A DNA stretch of 64,000 bases from Octopus sinensis (lineage: Eukaryota), in contig NC_043024.1 of NCBI RefSeq assembly GCF_006345805.1, forward strand, positions 19,654,001-19,718,000, given 5' to 3'. The position numbers and the translations under genes were made by a program. The notes beneath the pieces are model-generated. The model was not told the origin of the DNA. It did no database searches and saw only the letters and a list, made by a program, of their open reading frames with translations. Shown here piece by piece: positions 62,668-64,000 of the stretch (positions are counted from its first letter, which is position 1; the number at the start of each line of letters is the position of its first letter).

Positions 62668-62750
62668 CTTTCCTGATGAGAAGATTGCATTTTACACCGT
62701 TTATTTCTTTGGAATAAAACCAATGTTGTCTTCGAAACATATGTCGAAAG
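62668..62750 (+). ncRNA. Hammerhead ribozyme with fully canonical core and GUC cleavage triplet
   Basis: CTTTC-CTGATGA-GAAGA...TCTTC-GAAA-C-ATAT-G-TC-GAAAG: 5-bp stem I, 5-bp stem II closed by G-C, palindromic stem III ACATATGT; predicted cut after 62745. Confidence 0.85.
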
Positions 62751-63283
62751 TAAAAGAATTTGAATAACATCTGCATTCAACTCCATTTATTTACTTATAT
62801 ACACACATACACACACACACACACATATATATATATACACATATATACACACATACACTTATATACATATATATTGTAGCACTCCATTGGTTATGACAAC
62901 GAAGGTTCCAGTTGATCCAATCAATGGAACAGCCTGCTCATGAAATTAATGCACAAGTTGCTAAGCACTCCATAGACACGTATACCCTTAATGTAGTTCT
63001 TGGGAAGATTCAGCATGACACAGAGTGTGGCAATGCTGGCTCTTTGAAATACCGGTACAGTAGAAACAGGTGGAAAGTGTGAGAGAAAGTTGTGGTGAAA
63101 GAATACAGCAGGGTTCACCACCACTCCCTGCTGGAGCCTTGTGGAGTTTTAGGTGTTTTTGCTCAATAAGCACACACAATGCCTGGTCTGGGAATCAAAA
63201 CTGATCCTATGACCACGAGTCTGCTGCCCTAACCACTGGGCCATTGCACCTCCACATACATATATACATATACATATATATGT

Positions 63284-63388
<105 letters not shown>

Positions 63389-64000
63389 AATTAAATTAGA
63401 GATAAAACCACAATTAGGCAAATCAAATAGTGATAGACATAAACCAAAACATAAAAAACAAAAAAATAAACATAATTAATATAATATATGATGTATATAT
63501 AAAATATAAAATTCAAATTTCAAATTATTAAAATTTAAAATTTTTAAATTAATTTTTTTTTTTTATATAACTAACCAAAAAGTATAAAAAAGTTAAATAT
63601 AATATATATATATATATGTACATCATCATCATCATTTAATGTCCGTTGTCTATGCTGGCATTGGTTGGACAGTTTGACTGGGCTGGCACGCTGGAAGGCT
63701 GCACCAGGATCCAGTCTGATTTGGTATGGTTTCCTATGGCTGCATGCCCTTCTTAATGCCAACCACTCCAAGAGTGTAACAGGTGCTTTTACGTGCCATT
63801 TGCATGACACTGGTATCTGCCATGACTGCGATTTTGCTCAACTTGATGGGTCTTCTTCTCAAGTATGACATAACGCCAAAGGTCTTAGACATTGCCTCCA
63901 TGAGGCCCAAAACTCAGAAGAAACTCCGCCACTTTGCCTCTGTGGGGCCCAAAACTCAAAGCCCAAAACTTCTGTGAGGCCCAACACTTGAAAGGAACTC

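Overview
AT-rich, microsatellite-dense animal DNA. The SINE families and repeat landscape suggest a coleoid cephalopod, probably Octopus; this is inference, no search was run. The window lies inside one large + strand gene. Four coding exons (3627-3780, 23179-23297, 43436-43549, 45638-45793) splice in frame into two I-set immunoglobulin domains, separated by introns of about 19.4, 20.1 and 2.1 kb; the start and end of the gene are not identified. Most of the rest is transposon-derived: four abundant SINE-like families, RTE/BovB-type, CR1-type and Penelope-like retroelement remnants, Tc1/mariner MITEs, non-autonomous Helitrons and long simple repeats. Nearly all ORFs in the supplied track are artefacts of these repeats. 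The main discovery candidate is a dispersed set of at least seven small (TA)n-flanked elements carrying minimal hammerhead-ribozyme folds with palindromic stem III, the Penelope/retrozyme type. Two have fully canonical cores (62668-62750 +, 58210-58289 -), several sit inside fold-back inverted repeats, some families carry core variants, and a fossil Penelope-like RT lies in the same gene. Also notable: a 9-copy head-to-tail array of an RTE 3' end inside a single 10-bp TSD, several perfect 39-62 bp intronic hairpins (one just upstream of a splice acceptor), and a duplicated splice acceptor that would give a truncated hydrophobic C-terminus.
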